From positions 16,451 to 80,450 of the forward strand of contig CAUWEX010000002.1 of the NCBI GenBank assembly GCA_963557965.1: a stretch of 64,000 nucleotides of DNA, given 5' to 3'. The notes below the pieces were generated by a model, which saw nothing but the letters and a program-made list of their open reading frames with translations, was not told the DNA's origin and did no database searches. Positions within the stretch are counted from its first letter, which is position 1, and each line of letters starts with the position of its first letter. A program made the position numbers and the translations under genes. This DNA comes from an uncultured Clostridia bacterium. GTDB lineage: Bacteria > Bacillota > Clostridia > TANB77 > CAG-508. This document shows positions 52,487-63,361 of the stretch, in pieces.

Positions 52487-53922
52487 TTTGCATTCTCCTT
52501 TTTTAATTTACTTAATATTGGAATATACTGTATATTTTCACCTATAAATTTATAATTCAAAGCAACATATACTAATGTTCCTAGCAATACTTGTACAAAT
52601 ATTAGAATATATTCATTGTTAATTATCATTTTTATCCACGTTATGCAAAAATACATTATTATTCCACTAAGTATAAACCTTATTATATATTTTAAGTATT
52701 TTTTTATTCCAATTTCGTTTCTTACAGCTAATATCTGATATACCATAACAACAAATTCTGCACAGATTGTTGCTATCGCAGAACCTATTGCTTGATATCT
52801 TGGTATCAATACAATATTTATGATTAAATTAACTACTGCTCCTAAAGCGACTGAAATTATATATTCTTTATCTCGTTCTTTAGGTATTAAATATTGTGTT
52901 CTTATAACATTTGCCCAAGAAATAAATACTATAGTTATTGCCAATAATTGTACTATATTACCTGATTTTATAAATTCATTACCTAAGAATATTGGTACAA
53001 ATTCTGGAGCAATTACAATTAATCCTATGCACATTGCTATTGAAATGAAAAGCATAATTTGGATTGACTTATCAATATAAAATTTAACTTTTTCGTCTTC
53101 TCCTTTTGCCATTAAATTTGATATTCTTGGTAGCATAACTGTTCCTAACGCTGTTATAATACTAATAGGTATATTAATAATTCTTTCTGCATATTCAAAA
53201 TATGCTACATTCTCTATTGTTGCCATATTTCCTAAAATAATTTTATCCATAATCTTATATATGCTTACAGCGATTACTGGAATAAACAAAACAGCATTAG
53301 GCTTTATATGCTTGGTAACATCTTTTATTTTTGGTTTTACAAATTTCACTTCTTTTCTTAAAAACGGCCATAATGCTAGTTGACTTATTAGGGCTGAAAG
53401 TACCATAATTATTATATATATTACCAAATCATTTTTACTCTTTACAAATGCAAAGACACTAAAAGTTGCTAATATCTTTATTATGGTATTCCTAGTAACT
53501 GTTAATTTGAATTTTTCTAAACCAAAGAAAAACCAATTTATGTCAAAACATGTTGATACCAAATATATTATTTGTAACATAGCAACTGTTATATATTTAC
53601 TGTCAAAAAACAATATATATCCTATATACAATATTGTCATTGCTGTAGTTGTTATTAATTGCATAACGTAAATAGACGAAAATTCTTTTGAAAGTTCTTC
53701 TTTATTATCTTTACATTTAGCTATAGTTCGATTCCCATAATTATTTAATCCCAACATTGCAAATAAAACAAAATATTGCACAACAGAATATGTATATGAA
53801 TATATTCCATTTCCTTCTGCTCCAATTACTCTTGATATATACGGTGCCGTAATTAGTGGTAATATTAATATTAAAATTTGATATACTATATTATATGTAA
53901 AATTTTTTCTTACACTACTCAT
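52483..53922 (-). CDS. wzx: Oligosaccharide-unit flippase (Wzx, MOP superfamily).
   Basis: It is 479 aa with about 12-14 TM helices and polysaccharide biosynthesis protein family topology. Confidence 0.75.
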   Translation of the reverse strand: MSSVRKNFTYNIVYQILILILPLITAPYISRVIGAEGNGIYSYTYSVVQYFVLFAMLGLNNYGNRTIAKCKDNKEELSKEFSSIYVMQLITTTAMTILYIGYILFFDSKYITVAMLQIIYLVSTCFDINWFFFGLEKFKLTVTRNTIIKILATFSVFAFVKSKNDLVIYIIIMVLSALISQLALWPFLRKEVKFVKPKIKDVTKHIKPNAVLFIPVIAVSIYKIMDKIILGNMATIENVAYFEYAERIINIPISIITALGTVMLPRISNLMAKGEDEKVKFYIDKSIQIMLFISIAMCIGLIVIAPEFVPIFLGNEFIKSGNIVQLLAITIVFISWANVIRTQYLIPKERDKEYIISVALGAVVNLIINIVLIPRYQAIGSAIATICAEFVVMVYQILAVRNEIGIKKYLKYIIRFILSGIIMYFCITWIKMIINNEYILIFVQVLLGTLVYVALNYKFIGENIQYIPILSKLKKENAK

Positions 53923-54847
53923 TGTTTTTTCTCCTATTAAGCCAATTTAAATATTTTTTATGGAACATATATTTAGCTACCGACATTAATGTTTTTTTAG
54001 AAAATGGATGTTTTTTTAGCATATTTATTAGTTCTTTTCTCGCTTCTTTTCTCATTTTATTAATAACATATAAGGTTACTAATTCTTTTGAAAAATTGTA
54101 TTCTACCTCTTTTATTTCTTTTTTATTTAACTTATCATAATATTTTCTGCACCAATTTCTATATTTTAGTAATCCTTCAATATTTCTTCTCCCCACACCG
54201 CTGATTCTTTCATTTTCATGTTCATAATAGTAAACCAAAGATTTAGGAACTCTATAAACATTATACCCTGCCGCTAATATTTTCAATATAACAATAAAGT
54301 CTTGCTTACATGGTGTATCTTCGAAACCACCTATATCTATTAAAACCTTCTTTGGTAGAAACCACAGTGAAGTTCCCGCAATCCCTCTTATCATGTGGTG
54401 GTATAATACGTTTCCTTCTAAATCGCATTTTATTTCTCCTATTATTTCTCCATTTGTTCTTCTCCAAAAACAATAACTATATATTAGCCCAACATTATCA
54501 TTTTTATGATTTAAATAGCATTTATATTGTTCTTCTATTTTGTTAGATGTATATTCGTCATCATCATCTAAAAATGCTATTATTTCTCCTTTAGCATGTT
54601 GCACCCCTATGTTTCTTGATAAAGCGCCTCCCATATTTTTTTTATTAGCAATATATTTTATCTCTTTATATTTATCAACTACTCTCTTTGTCTTATTTCT
54701 TTCATTTGTATCATTAGCATTATCATCTACAACTATAATTTCTATATTTTTATAGGTCTGACTTTTAGCACTTATAATTGCTCTTTCTATTTCTTTGGAT
54801 CTTTTATATGTAGTAATAATTATACTTATTAACTTTTCTTCTTCCAT
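53915..54847 (-). CDS. Glycosyltransferase family 2.
   Basis: It has ISIIITTYKR…VVDD (GT-A fold with DxD). Confidence 0.8.
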   Translation of the reverse strand: MEEEKLISIIITTYKRSKEIERAIISAKSQTYKNIEIIVVDDNANDTNERNKTKRVVDKYKEIKYIANKKNMGGALSRNIGVQHAKGEIIAFLDDDDEYTSNKIEEQYKCYLNHKNDNVGLIYSYCFWRRTNGEIIGEIKCDLEGNVLYHHMIRGIAGTSLWFLPKKVLIDIGGFEDTPCKQDFIVILKILAAGYNVYRVPKSLVYYYEHENERISGVGRRNIEGLLKYRNWCRKYYDKLNKKEIKEVEYNFSKELVTLYVINKMRKEARKELINMLKKHPFSKKTLMSVAKYMFHKKYLNWLNRRKNNE

Positions 54848-54908
54848 TTCCCATTCCTTCTATAATTATTTAGGTTTTAACGGTTACCTATACCCTTTTG
54901 TACTTCTA

Positions 54909-55847
54909 TTATCTTAATTTTTTATAGTTGTCTGCTTTAAATTTATCTATCTTATTAAATAATTTTTTTGGAATTTTTGCTTTATATAAAATTTTTGCAA
55001 TTGGAAGTGTAATATACTCCATATATTTATTATAAAAGCTTTCTTCTACTTTTTCACTTTTTTGGTCATCCTTTAATACCATTCGCCATATATTATATAA
55101 AACAGCTGATGTTATTTTGGCTTTTAATGTTATGGCATATTTAGCATTTGAATTTATAGACATAAGAAATCCTTTTGGGTTTTCCATTTGAATTTTAATG
55201 CTATTATTAGTATAACCATCTTCTAAATATTCTCCATAATACATCTCATTTCTGTCTACTAGCATTTTATAATATTTATCTATTTTATCAAAAACAACAT
55301 TTTCATAAATAAACTTTTCTTCTTTTATAACTGGGAACAAATACTTTTTTAATATTTTTGTTTTATACAATCGCAAAGTATCTCCTCTAAATTTATATCT
55401 TTGATATAATTCTATCCCTGATGCATATTTTATATTTTCTGGTAATTTCGTTCCTATTACACTCTTGCTTTTAGAATCATATCTGTTTCCTATGATTCCG
55501 CTAATATTCTCCATCTCTGAAATTATCGCACATTCTTTTTCTAAGATTTCTATAGCATTTGTGCTTAAATAATCATCTGAATCTAAAATAAGCATAAAGT
55601 CTGTTTTACAATTTTTTACTGCTGTATTATGTGCAACATGCTTTCCACTATTTTTTTGTTTTATGTAATGTATTTCTATTTTTTTTTCATTTTTCCATTT
55701 TTGCACGACTTCTTCAGTTTTGTCCGTTGAGCCATCATCCACAATTAGCCATATAAAGTCTTTTTTAGTTTGTTTTATTAAGCTCTCATACGCTTTCCAT
55801 AGTATATTAATTCTATTATATGTTGGTGTAAATATTGTTATCTCCAT
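54909..55847 (-). CDS. Glycosyltransferase family 2.
   Basis: It has ITIFTPTYNR…IVDDGSTD…LDSDD. Confidence 0.8.
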   Translation of the reverse strand: MEITIFTPTYNRINILWKAYESLIKQTKKDFIWLIVDDGSTDKTEEVVQKWKNEKKIEIHYIKQKNSGKHVAHNTAVKNCKTDFMLILDSDDYLSTNAIEILEKECAIISEMENISGIIGNRYDSKSKSVIGTKLPENIKYASGIELYQRYKFRGDTLRLYKTKILKKYLFPVIKEEKFIYENVVFDKIDKYYKMLVDRNEMYYGEYLEDGYTNNSIKIQMENPKGFLMSINSNAKYAITLKAKITSAVLYNIWRMVLKDDQKSEKVEESFYNKYMEYITLPIAKILYKAKIPKKLFNKIDKFKADNYKKLR

Positions 55848-55889
55848 TTTTTCCCTCTTCTACTTTTTTAATTCCATGTTATTATCAAT

Positions 55890-57032
55890 TTATTGCTTTT
55901 TATTGTTAAAACAAAGTATATAATTTCCCAAAGATATAAATAGCCAAATCGTTGGTTCATATATAAATGTTCTTGAAAGTAATAGTTTAGATACATTCGC
56001 AACCATAAAGATAAAGAAAATCTTTATTTCAGTTGATATTCGTGCTATCTTATATAATTTTATTCCCAACCATACTAAATAAATTATATATGCATTTCCT
56101 AAAACAAATCCAAAAGTTACATAAATATCTAAAAATATGTTATGTGGAAAATATCCATATTTATCTTGAAATTTTGCAATTCCTATTCCAGTTATTGGAT
56201 GTGTTTTTATTTCTTCTATAGCATATTGGTATATATCATATCTTGCTCCAAGTGCATCTTCTGTATCTTCACTTTCAAACATCCTATATAGATTATTTAT
56301 AGAATATGATTTTATTCCTAAATCCTCTGTTAAAAAAACTAATATGCTTCTTCCTATTGTATTAATATTAATTCCAATTAAAATCAACAATGAAACCATC
56401 AATATTTTTTTCCTTATATTTTTCCCATTCATAAGGAGCATACATATTAATGCTACTCCAAATATCATAATAGTTCCTCTATTTCCATTAATTACGATAA
56501 TAAGTAATACTAATAATGAAACTATAAATGTTTTAATATACTTATGATAATACGCATATAACATAACATATGTTAATGATGACATAGCATAAAATCCAAA
56601 AGTCATATATTCAGTTGTAAGCTTTGATGGGTTTATTTTTATTAACAACAAATATAATATCAAATTAACTACATTATATCCAAAAAAAGTTTTAGCAAAA
56701 GTTTTCAAGTCAACTTTCACTAAAAAAATTAGTAATAGCGGTAATGCAAATAATAAAAATTCTTTAATGTAGAATCTTAATGTTTGGTTATCATTACAAA
56801 TAAAGTTTATTGCAAATAGTAAACATGTTGTTCCTATTATTATAATATTTTTTGTATTCACCATTTTAAATTTGTTTATGATAAATAATATAATAATTAA
56901 TACATATTCTAACCACATATTGAATGTTAGACCAAAGTCCCATGCTATAATAATTTGAATTGAATTCATTAATATCATTAGAGATATTATGTGGCAATTG
57001 ATTTTTTCTATTATACTTTTTTTACTTTTCAT
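55890..57032 (-). CDS. wzy: O-antigen/capsule repeat-unit polymerase (Wzy-like).
   Basis: It is an about 10-TM membrane protein in a wzx/GT context. The start is probably MKSKK at 57032 (RBS GGAG). The assignment is by topology and context only. Confidence 0.5.
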   Translation of the reverse strand: MKSKKSIIEKINCHIISLMILMNSIQIIIAWDFGLTFNMWLEYVLIIILFIINKFKMVNTKNIIIIGTTCLLFAINFICNDNQTLRFYIKEFLLFALPLLLIFLVKVDLKTFAKTFFGYNVVNLILYLLLIKINPSKLTTEYMTFGFYAMSSLTYVMLYAYYHKYIKTFIVSLLVLLIIVINGNRGTIMIFGVALICMLLMNGKNIRKKILMVSLLILIGININTIGRSILVFLTEDLGIKSYSINNLYRMFESEDTEDALGARYDIYQYAIEEIKTHPITGIGIAKFQDKYGYFPHNIFLDIYVTFGFVLGNAYIIYLVWLGIKLYKIARISTEIKIFFIFMVANVSKLLLSRTFIYEPTIWLFISLGNYILCFNNKKQ

Positions 57033-58017
57033 TTGTTCCGTCTCCATTGCATATTTCTAACAATTTTTTAGCAGCTTCGCTCCATGTATATTGATTATAA
57101 TTTTCAATATATTTAACATTTTCATCTTTGTTTTTATATGCAAACCTTATTTTCTCTTCTATCTCTGAAATGTCTTCTGTGTCATTTATCATGCTGTTTG
57201 GAGATATGTTCTTTATTATTGATAAAGCCCCCACCTGTTTGCTAACCAGTATTTTGCACCCTTTTGAAATCGCTTCAAAAATTGCTAATCCAAAAGTCTC
57301 AAATTTACTATTTTGAATATATAGATCTGCCTGCTGCATTTTGTTTAACACTTCATTGTGTTCTAATTTTTCATAATATTGTACAAATTTATATTTTTCT
57401 ATTTGTTCTCCATCTTTATCTTTACTACCAATAACGACAAATTTGATATTTATATTATTTATTTTTTCAATTGCTTTACAAATATTTAGGTTGCCTTTTA
57501 TTTTCATTCCTCCACCAACCGAAATAATCGTATACGTTGTATTATCTTTACTTTTACTTTCTATACTTGCCATGTCAATACCATTGTTTACAAAAGTAAT
57601 CTTTTTTTGTAGGTCTTTTCTTTCGTTTATTAAAAATTTAGTAAAATTTTCGGAAACACAAACAATTTTATCTGCATATTCCAACATGTTACTTTCAATT
57701 GTTTCTAACGTTCTTTTTTCAACAGGTACCTCATTTACCATATATTCTTGCTTAGCGTATCCATGCATAAGATATATTACTTTTTTATTTTGTTTTTTGG
57801 CAATCTTACATGCTAACAATTGCATCTTAGACAATCCTGAAATAAGAACTATATCTGTCTTTGAAATTTTATATATTATTTCTAATATTCTTGTAATTTT
57901 ATTTTTCATTATACTATATGTTATATTCTTATTATATTTTAAATTTTCTCTATAATTTTTATTAACATTTGCAGGACCGTTATTGTTGTGAAAATCCCCA
58001 ACAAAAAATATTTTCAT
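57022..58017 (-). CDS. Glycosyltransferase family 1 (GT4, GT-B fold).
   Basis: It has the C-terminal glycos_transf_1 pattern (…ETFGLAIFEAISKGCKILVS…). Confidence 0.75.
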   Translation of the reverse strand: MKIFFVGDFHNNNGPANVNKNYRENLKYNKNITYSIMKNKITRILEIIYKISKTDIVLISGLSKMQLLACKIAKKQNKKVIYLMHGYAKQEYMVNEVPVEKRTLETIESNMLEYADKIVCVSENFTKFLINERKDLQKKITFVNNGIDMASIESKSKDNTTYTIISVGGGMKIKGNLNICKAIEKINNINIKFVVIGSKDKDGEQIEKYKFVQYYEKLEHNEVLNKMQQADLYIQNSKFETFGLAIFEAISKGCKILVSKQVGALSIIKNISPNSMINDTEDISEIEEKIRFAYKNKDENVKYIENYNQYTWSEAAKKLLEICNGDGTNEK

Positions 58018-58832
58018 TTAGATTGATTCCTCACTTTTTTATATTCTTTTTTTCCTGTTCTCATGCACTTTAATGCATCAAGAAATTTCATTCTTCCTTT
58101 ATATATTGAATATTTTTTTATAGCAAACATCCAAATATAAATTACACTAAATGTATGTGTTAATCTTTCAAATACTGCTCCCTTTGTCTTAAAATACTGT
58201 TCATTAAATCCTTTAAACCATGTAGAATCATTTTTATCATCTAGCCTAGCTATAAAAAGTGGCTCATATATAATTTTTAAGCCCTTTTTTAAGCAATCTC
58301 TCAAAAAAATATTTTCTTCTCCTGAAGTATACATTTTTGCTCCGCTTCCAAAGTCTTCATCAAATTTTATATTGTTTTCCTGTAACGGTTTAATTTTAAA
58401 AGCTATTTCAACTGATGATTTTTTTAATATTTTCAAATATCCTATTTTTTCTCTTTTATTTTTATAATTCTTAAAAGCCTTATTTCCTTTATATACCTTA
58501 AAACAGATTATATCAGCTTCTTCATTCTTATTAAATGCATTATCAATTTCTTTACTATAATCTTTTAAATATTGCATATCATCGTCTGCAATTATTCCAA
58601 TATCTGCATTACTATTGCATAATAACTGATTCCTGCTTTTACTTAGTCCTTTTTCTTTTTTATTTATTATTTTTATCTTATTATTTTTATAAATCCACTC
58701 TTCTATATTATCTTTTTTAGAATTTTGATTTACCACTATTGCATCTGTCTCTATTTGCATACTATCTATCAATTGTTTAATTTCTTCGATAGTGTTTTTA
58801 TTCATTGTAGATATTAAAGTTTCAATTCGCAT
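58014..58832 (-). CDS. Glycosyltransferase, GT2-like.
   Basis: It has a DxD motif …IIADDDMQY… and is 272 aa. Confidence 0.55.
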   Translation of the reverse strand: MRIETLISTMNKNTIEEIKQLIDSMQIETDAIVVNQNSKKDNIEEWIYKNNKIKIINKKEKGLSKSRNQLLCNSNADIGIIADDDMQYLKDYSKEIDNAFNKNEEADIICFKVYKGNKAFKNYKNKREKIGYLKILKKSSVEIAFKIKPLQENNIKFDEDFGSGAKMYTSGEENIFLRDCLKKGLKIIYEPLFIARLDDKNDSTWFKGFNEQYFKTKGAVFERLTHTFSVIYIWMFAIKKYSIYKGRMKFLDALKCMRTGKKEYKKVRNQSK

Positions 58833-58834
58833 AT

Positions 58835-60040
58835 TTAATTCTCCAATTTTATTAAATTTATAATGTCTTTATAAGTCTTATCTCTATCAAATTTTTCTTC
58901 CGCCAACATTCTATTATTTTTTCCTAGTCTTTTTCTTAATTCTTTATCTTTGTATAATATTTCTATTTTCTCGGCAATATCGTTTTCATTATCATTTTTA
59001 CAATTAAAACCTATATTATATTGCTCTACTATATTTCTATATTCTTCACTCTCTTGTGTATTTATTACTGGTAAACCTGCGGCTGCATAATCACCAACTT
59101 TATTTATAATACTGCCTGCTGAACCATTATTGATAGGATTTACCGCAATGTCACAACTACATAATTCTTGTACCATTTTTGAATATGGCAACATTCCTAA
59201 AAATTTACACTTAACATCTTTACTTTCAGCATATTCCTTAAATTCATTTTCTAATGGCCCCGTCCCCATTATTATAAATTCTATATCATTAACTCCTTTT
59301 TTATATAAAATGTCTAAAGCGTCTATTATTATTTTAATATTATAACTATGTCCTAAAGTACCTATAAAAACTACTTTTGTTTTTTCATTCTCTTCTGTCT
59401 TTTCTTTTTTATAGCTATCAAATTTATTCAATTCCGTCCCTAAAAAAGTTACCATATTTTTATTTGATTTTTGGTTTACTTTCAAAGCTCTGTTTAAATA
59501 TGTTTCTGACACTGCAATTATATTATCTGCATTTTTATATACGTACTCTGCTTTCATTTTCATTGGCCAATAAATAAAATCTGATATCAGTGGTAAATTA
59601 AATACCATTTTAAAAGCTTCAGGCCATAGATCTTGTATATCAACAATTAATCGTATCTGATTTTTCTTCGCAAACTTAGTAACTTCTTTAGCAACATCAA
59701 GCGACGGAATTGAACAATAAATTACATCTGGCTTATTATCCAAACTAGTTAAGTATTTTTTTACATTTTTAGAAAATATATAATGACTATAAAATCTTCT
59801 TAATGAAACATTTTTTTTATATCCTGGTTCTTTTATTATTGTTAGCTTATAGTTAGTTTTTATTTTGCCCTGAAATTCTCTTTGTCTTTTTAAACCATGA
59901 GAAAAACTTGTTGTTATTAATTCAACTTTATTATCTTTCCCCAATTTATCTGCTAAGTATGTAAACCTACTGTTTCCATTCTCACTAGGAGTTTTTATAA
60001 ATTCCGCAACTATTAATATATTCATTTCTTTCCCTTTCAA
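58835..60040 (-). CDS. Glycosyltransferase family 1 (GT4).
   Basis: It has GT-B motifs (…GTLGHSYN…, …EEYRNIVEQYNIGF…). Confidence 0.75.
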   Translation of the reverse strand: MKGKEMNILIVAEFIKTPSENGNSRFTYLADKLGKDNKVELITTSFSHGLKRQREFQGKIKTNYKLTIIKEPGYKKNVSLRRFYSHYIFSKNVKKYLTSLDNKPDVIYCSIPSLDVAKEVTKFAKKNQIRLIVDIQDLWPEAFKMVFNLPLISDFIYWPMKMKAEYVYKNADNIIAVSETYLNRALKVNQKSNKNMVTFLGTELNKFDSYKKEKTEENEKTKVVFIGTLGHSYNIKIIIDALDILYKKGVNDIEFIIMGTGPLENEFKEYAESKDVKCKFLGMLPYSKMVQELCSCDIAVNPINNGSAGSIINKVGDYAAAGLPVINTQESEEYRNIVEQYNIGFNCKNDNENDIAEKIEILYKDKELRKRLGKNNRMLAEEKFDRDKTYKDIINLIKLEN

Positions 60041-60079
60041 TTTTCTTATACTGTTTTAAGTTTTATTTTTATTTTACAG

Positions 60080-61045
60080 TTAATTAAATTCTATTATTTT
60101 TATTTCATTGTATTTCATCATGTACATATTTTCCTTATATTGGCCTATTTCGTTTTTGTTTTCATTTCCTTCTATGTTATTTATAATCATTTTAGGAATA
60201 TTGACACCACATTCATAAGCATGTGGATATCCCCCTCCAAATCTTGGATTTACTTCCGAAATATAATATTCTCCATTTATTTCAAATATATCAATATCAA
60301 TAATTCCTTTAAACCCTACTTTTCTTACAAAGTTCTTTATAAGTCCAAATAATTTCTCATCTTTTACTGATACTGATTTATCTGTTTCTCCTGCTCTCAT
60401 TTTTATTTTTTTCTTCACAAATACTGCAACGGGTTCTTTTGATATCATATCTATATAGCAATCCGCACCATATTCTTGCCCATCCATGAATTCTTGAATA
60501 ATAAGGTTATCGGCTTGTTTCCAAACTATTTCTAATTCTTCTTTATTGTTTACTTTATTTATGTTTAAACTTGCACTTCCTCTTGCTGGTTTTACAAATA
60601 CCGGAAAGTTTATTTTATTAGCCTCTAAGTCTTTGTAAAACATTTCTTTATCTATGTATGTTTTTGCTGTATTAAATCCATTTTTAGTCAAAAACTTATA
60701 CATATCATATTTATCAAAACACATCTCTACTTTTTGATAATCCGATATAACAGGTTCTACTCCTATGTTTTTAAATTTATCTATATTTTCTGATATTAAA
60801 CTTAACTCAGGATCTATTAGAGATACCAGTGTATCTATATTTTCTTTTTTACATATTTCTAAAATCTCATCTATATATCCTGGTTCGTCTATTCTTGATA
60901 CTATATAATAGTTATCTGCTTCATAGATTGCTGGTGCTATTTTTGAGCAATCTGTTGCAATAACCCTTCCTTTACCCTCTAGTTCTTTTCTAAAATATTG
61001 TACTATTTTATTTCTAGTTCCTGCGCTTAATATTAATATATTCAT
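60080..61045 (-). CDS. ATP-grasp ligase (CPS-large-subunit-like fold), a candidate amidoligase acting on a sugar intermediate.
   Basis: It has …FPVFVKPARGSAS…, …EFMDGQEYGADCYID… and …ISEVNPRFGGGY… (ATP-grasp motifs). Confidence 0.7.
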   Translation of the reverse strand: MNILILSAGTRNKIVQYFRKELEGKGRVIATDCSKIAPAIYEADNYYIVSRIDEPGYIDEILEICKKENIDTLVSLIDPELSLISENIDKFKNIGVEPVISDYQKVEMCFDKYDMYKFLTKNGFNTAKTYIDKEMFYKDLEANKINFPVFVKPARGSASLNINKVNNKEELEIVWKQADNLIIQEFMDGQEYGADCYIDMISKEPVAVFVKKKIKMRAGETDKSVSVKDEKLFGLIKNFVRKVGFKGIIDIDIFEINGEYYISEVNPRFGGGYPHAYECGVNIPKMIINNIEGNENKNEIGQYKENMYMMKYNEIKIIEFN

Positions 61046-61569
61046 TAATTGTTCTCTCCTATAAACTTATCCATTATTATTAGATCTTTGTATTCGCCAT
61101 CTATGTATCTCTCTTTTTGATATTTTCCACAAACATAAAAACCTAACCTTTCATACATCTTGATAGCTCTTTCATTTTCTCCAACTACTTCTAAATGAAT
61201 TTTTCTGATATTTAAATATGATTTTGCATAATTTTCTAAAGCCTTATATGCTTTACTAGCAATACCTTTTCCTTGCTTCCCTTTTTCTCCAATATAAATT
61301 CCCAAAGAACAAGTTTTATGAATGTTAGAAATTTGGTATAAGCCAATTTGTCCTACTTTTTTTTCTTCCTCATCCACAATCATATATCTTTGATTTTCCA
61401 TAGTGTTTTCTGTAAGTTTATCCATCCAATTTTTTTGCTGACTTAAAGATGTTGGTCTATATCCTCCGCCCAAATATTTAAATATGCCTTCATCATTTTT
61501 CCATTTATTTAATAATACCACATCCTCATACTCAATAGGTAATAATTTAACTCCATCAAATTCTATCAT
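61045..61569 (-). CDS. GNAT-family N-acetyltransferase.
   Basis: It is 174 aa with an acetyl-CoA binding loop …QGKGIASKAYKAL…. Confidence 0.75.
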   Translation of the reverse strand: MIEFDGVKLLPIEYEDVVLLNKWKNDEGIFKYLGGGYRPTSLSQQKNWMDKLTENTMENQRYMIVDEEEKKVGQIGLYQISNIHKTCSLGIYIGEKGKQGKGIASKAYKALENYAKSYLNIRKIHLEVVGENERAIKMYERLGFYVCGKYQKERYIDGEYKDLIIMDKFIGENN

Positions 61570-61582
61570 GGTTAATCTCCTT

Positions 61583-62167
61583 TTAATAAATATCTTTTTT
61601 TGCCAAAATACTAATTATTGTATTTATAAATATTTGAAAATCTCCTATAAAGGTTATTTTTTCTATATATTCTAAATCAATTTTAATTCTTTCGTCCCAA
61701 GTTGCAGAATTTCTAACTCTAACCTGTGCTAACCCTGTAATTCCTGGTCTTACCAAAAATCTTCTTTTTTGTTCTTCTGGATATTCCTCATATTTATGTG
61801 GATGATAAGTTACTGGTGGTCTAGGTCCTATTAAGGCCATTTCACCTTTAACTACATTAATTAATTGTGGCAACTCATCTAAACTTGTCTTTCTTAATAC
61901 TTTTCCAACTCTAGTTATTCTGTTATCTTTTTCGGATTTTACTTTTAATCCGTCTCCTATTTTTTCGGCATTAACTACCATTGTTCTAAATTTTATAATT
62001 TTAAAAACTTTTCCATTTTTACCTAATCTTTCTTGTAAGAAAAATACTGGTCCTTTAGAATCTATTTTAATTGCTATTGCCACAATTATTAGCACTGGCA
62101 TTAAGATTATTAATGCCAGTAGACTTAATATTAAGTCTAGAAATCTTTTTATATATCTTGCGTACAT
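61583..62167 (-). CDS. Small monotopic polyprenyl-phosphate sugar-1-phosphate transferase (PglC/WbaP-C-like initiating transferase).
   Basis: It has KRFLDLILSLLALIIL…, …LDELPQLINVVKGEMALIGPRP… and is 194 aa. Confidence 0.9.
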   Translation of the reverse strand: MYARYIKRFLDLILSLLALIILMPVLIIVAIAIKIDSKGPVFFLQERLGKNGKVFKIIKFRTMVVNAEKIGDGLKVKSEKDNRITRVGKVLRKTSLDELPQLINVVKGEMALIGPRPPVTYHPHKYEEYPEEQKRRFLVRPGITGLAQVRVRNSATWDERIKIDLEYIEKITFIGDFQIFINTIISILAKKDIY

Positions 62168-62200
62168 TGTATTCCCTTTTCTTTCAAACTATTTTAAATT

Positions 62201-63328
62201 TTACTTCCATAATCCTTTTATAATTTCTATCACTTTGTTTTGTTCTTCTTCTGTCATTTTTGTATCAGAAGGTAAGCACACTCCTCTTTCGAATAAATCT
62301 TTTGAAACTGCATTTTCTTCTACTTTTACAAAGTCGCAATTTGCAAATACTGGTTGCATATGCATTGGCTTCCATACTGGTCTTGATTCTATATTTTCTT
62401 TTTCTAATGCGACCATTATATCTAATGGTTTTACTTTTGAATTTTCTTTTACAGTTATTGCTGTTAACCAATGATTTGGTACTGTATCTTCTGGTATTGG
62501 TTGTAGTTCTATGTCAGATATTTCTTTTAGTCCTTCTTTATATCTGTTATATATTTCTGTTTTTTGTTTTATTCTTAAGTCTAATACTTTTAGTTGTCCT
62601 CTTCCTATTCCGGCAACTATGTTGCTCATTCTATAGTTATATCCTATTTCTTTATGTTCATAATGACGTGCTTTTTCTCTTGATTGGGTTACCCAAAATC
62701 TTACTTTTGCTATTCTTTCTTCATCTTCTGAAACTAACATTCCTCCACCGCTTGTTGTGATTATTTTGTTTCCATTAAATGAATATATTCCATATTTTCC
62801 AAATGTTCCTGTTTGTTTACCTTTATATGTTGCCCCTAAGCTTTCTGCTGCGTCTTCTACTAATGGTACTCCATGTTTATCGCAAATTGCTTTTATTTCA
62901 TCTATTTTAGCTGGTGTTCCATATAAATATACAACTATTACAGCTTTTGGATGTGGATATTTTTCAAATGCTTTTTCTAATGCTTTTGGGTCCATATTCC
63001 ATGTTTCTTTTTCACTGTCTATAAATACAGGTGTTGCATTTTGGTATGTTATTGGATTTGCTGTTGCTGAAAATGTTAAATCTGAACAAAATACAACATC
63101 ACCTTCTTTTACATCTAATGCTTTAAACGCCATATGAATAGCTGCTGTCCCTGCTGATAATGCTGCTGCATGATTTGTTCCTACATATTTAGCTAATTCT
63201 TCTTCAAATTTGTTTACATTTTCTCCAAGTGGTGCTATCCAGTTTGTATCAAATGCTTCTTTTATATATTTTTGTTCATATCCTTCCTCAGACATATGTG
63301 GTGATGATAAAAGTATTTTCTTATCCAT
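62201..63328 (-). CDS. DegT/DnrJ/EryC1-type PLP-dependent sugar aminotransferase (PglE-like).
   Basis: It is 375 aa with …FSFNGNKIITTSGGG… (Lys for PLP). Confidence 0.9.
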   Translation of the reverse strand: MDKKILLSSPHMSEEGYEQKYIKEAFDTNWIAPLGENVNKFEEELAKYVGTNHAAALSAGTAAIHMAFKALDVKEGDVVFCSDLTFSATANPITYQNATPVFIDSEKETWNMDPKALEKAFEKYPHPKAVIVVYLYGTPAKIDEIKAICDKHGVPLVEDAAESLGATYKGKQTGTFGKYGIYSFNGNKIITTSGGGMLVSEDEERIAKVRFWVTQSREKARHYEHKEIGYNYRMSNIVAGIGRGQLKVLDLRIKQKTEIYNRYKEGLKEISDIELQPIPEDTVPNHWLTAITVKENSKVKPLDIMVALEKENIESRPVWKPMHMQPVFANCDFVKVEENAVSKDLFERGVCLPSDTKMTEEEQNKVIEIIKGLWK

Positions 63329-63361
63329 CTTTTTTCCTTCTTTCTTGATTTGTCTAAATGT

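Noticed and set aside
62260-62760. 166-aa Leu-rich + strand ORF (and similar + strand ORFs at 11683..12150, 21519..21767 and 22292..22795).
   Set aside because: They lie antisense to well-supported minus-strand genes. They are leucine/phenylalanine-rich, as expected from reading AT-rich coding DNA backwards, and lack RBSs.
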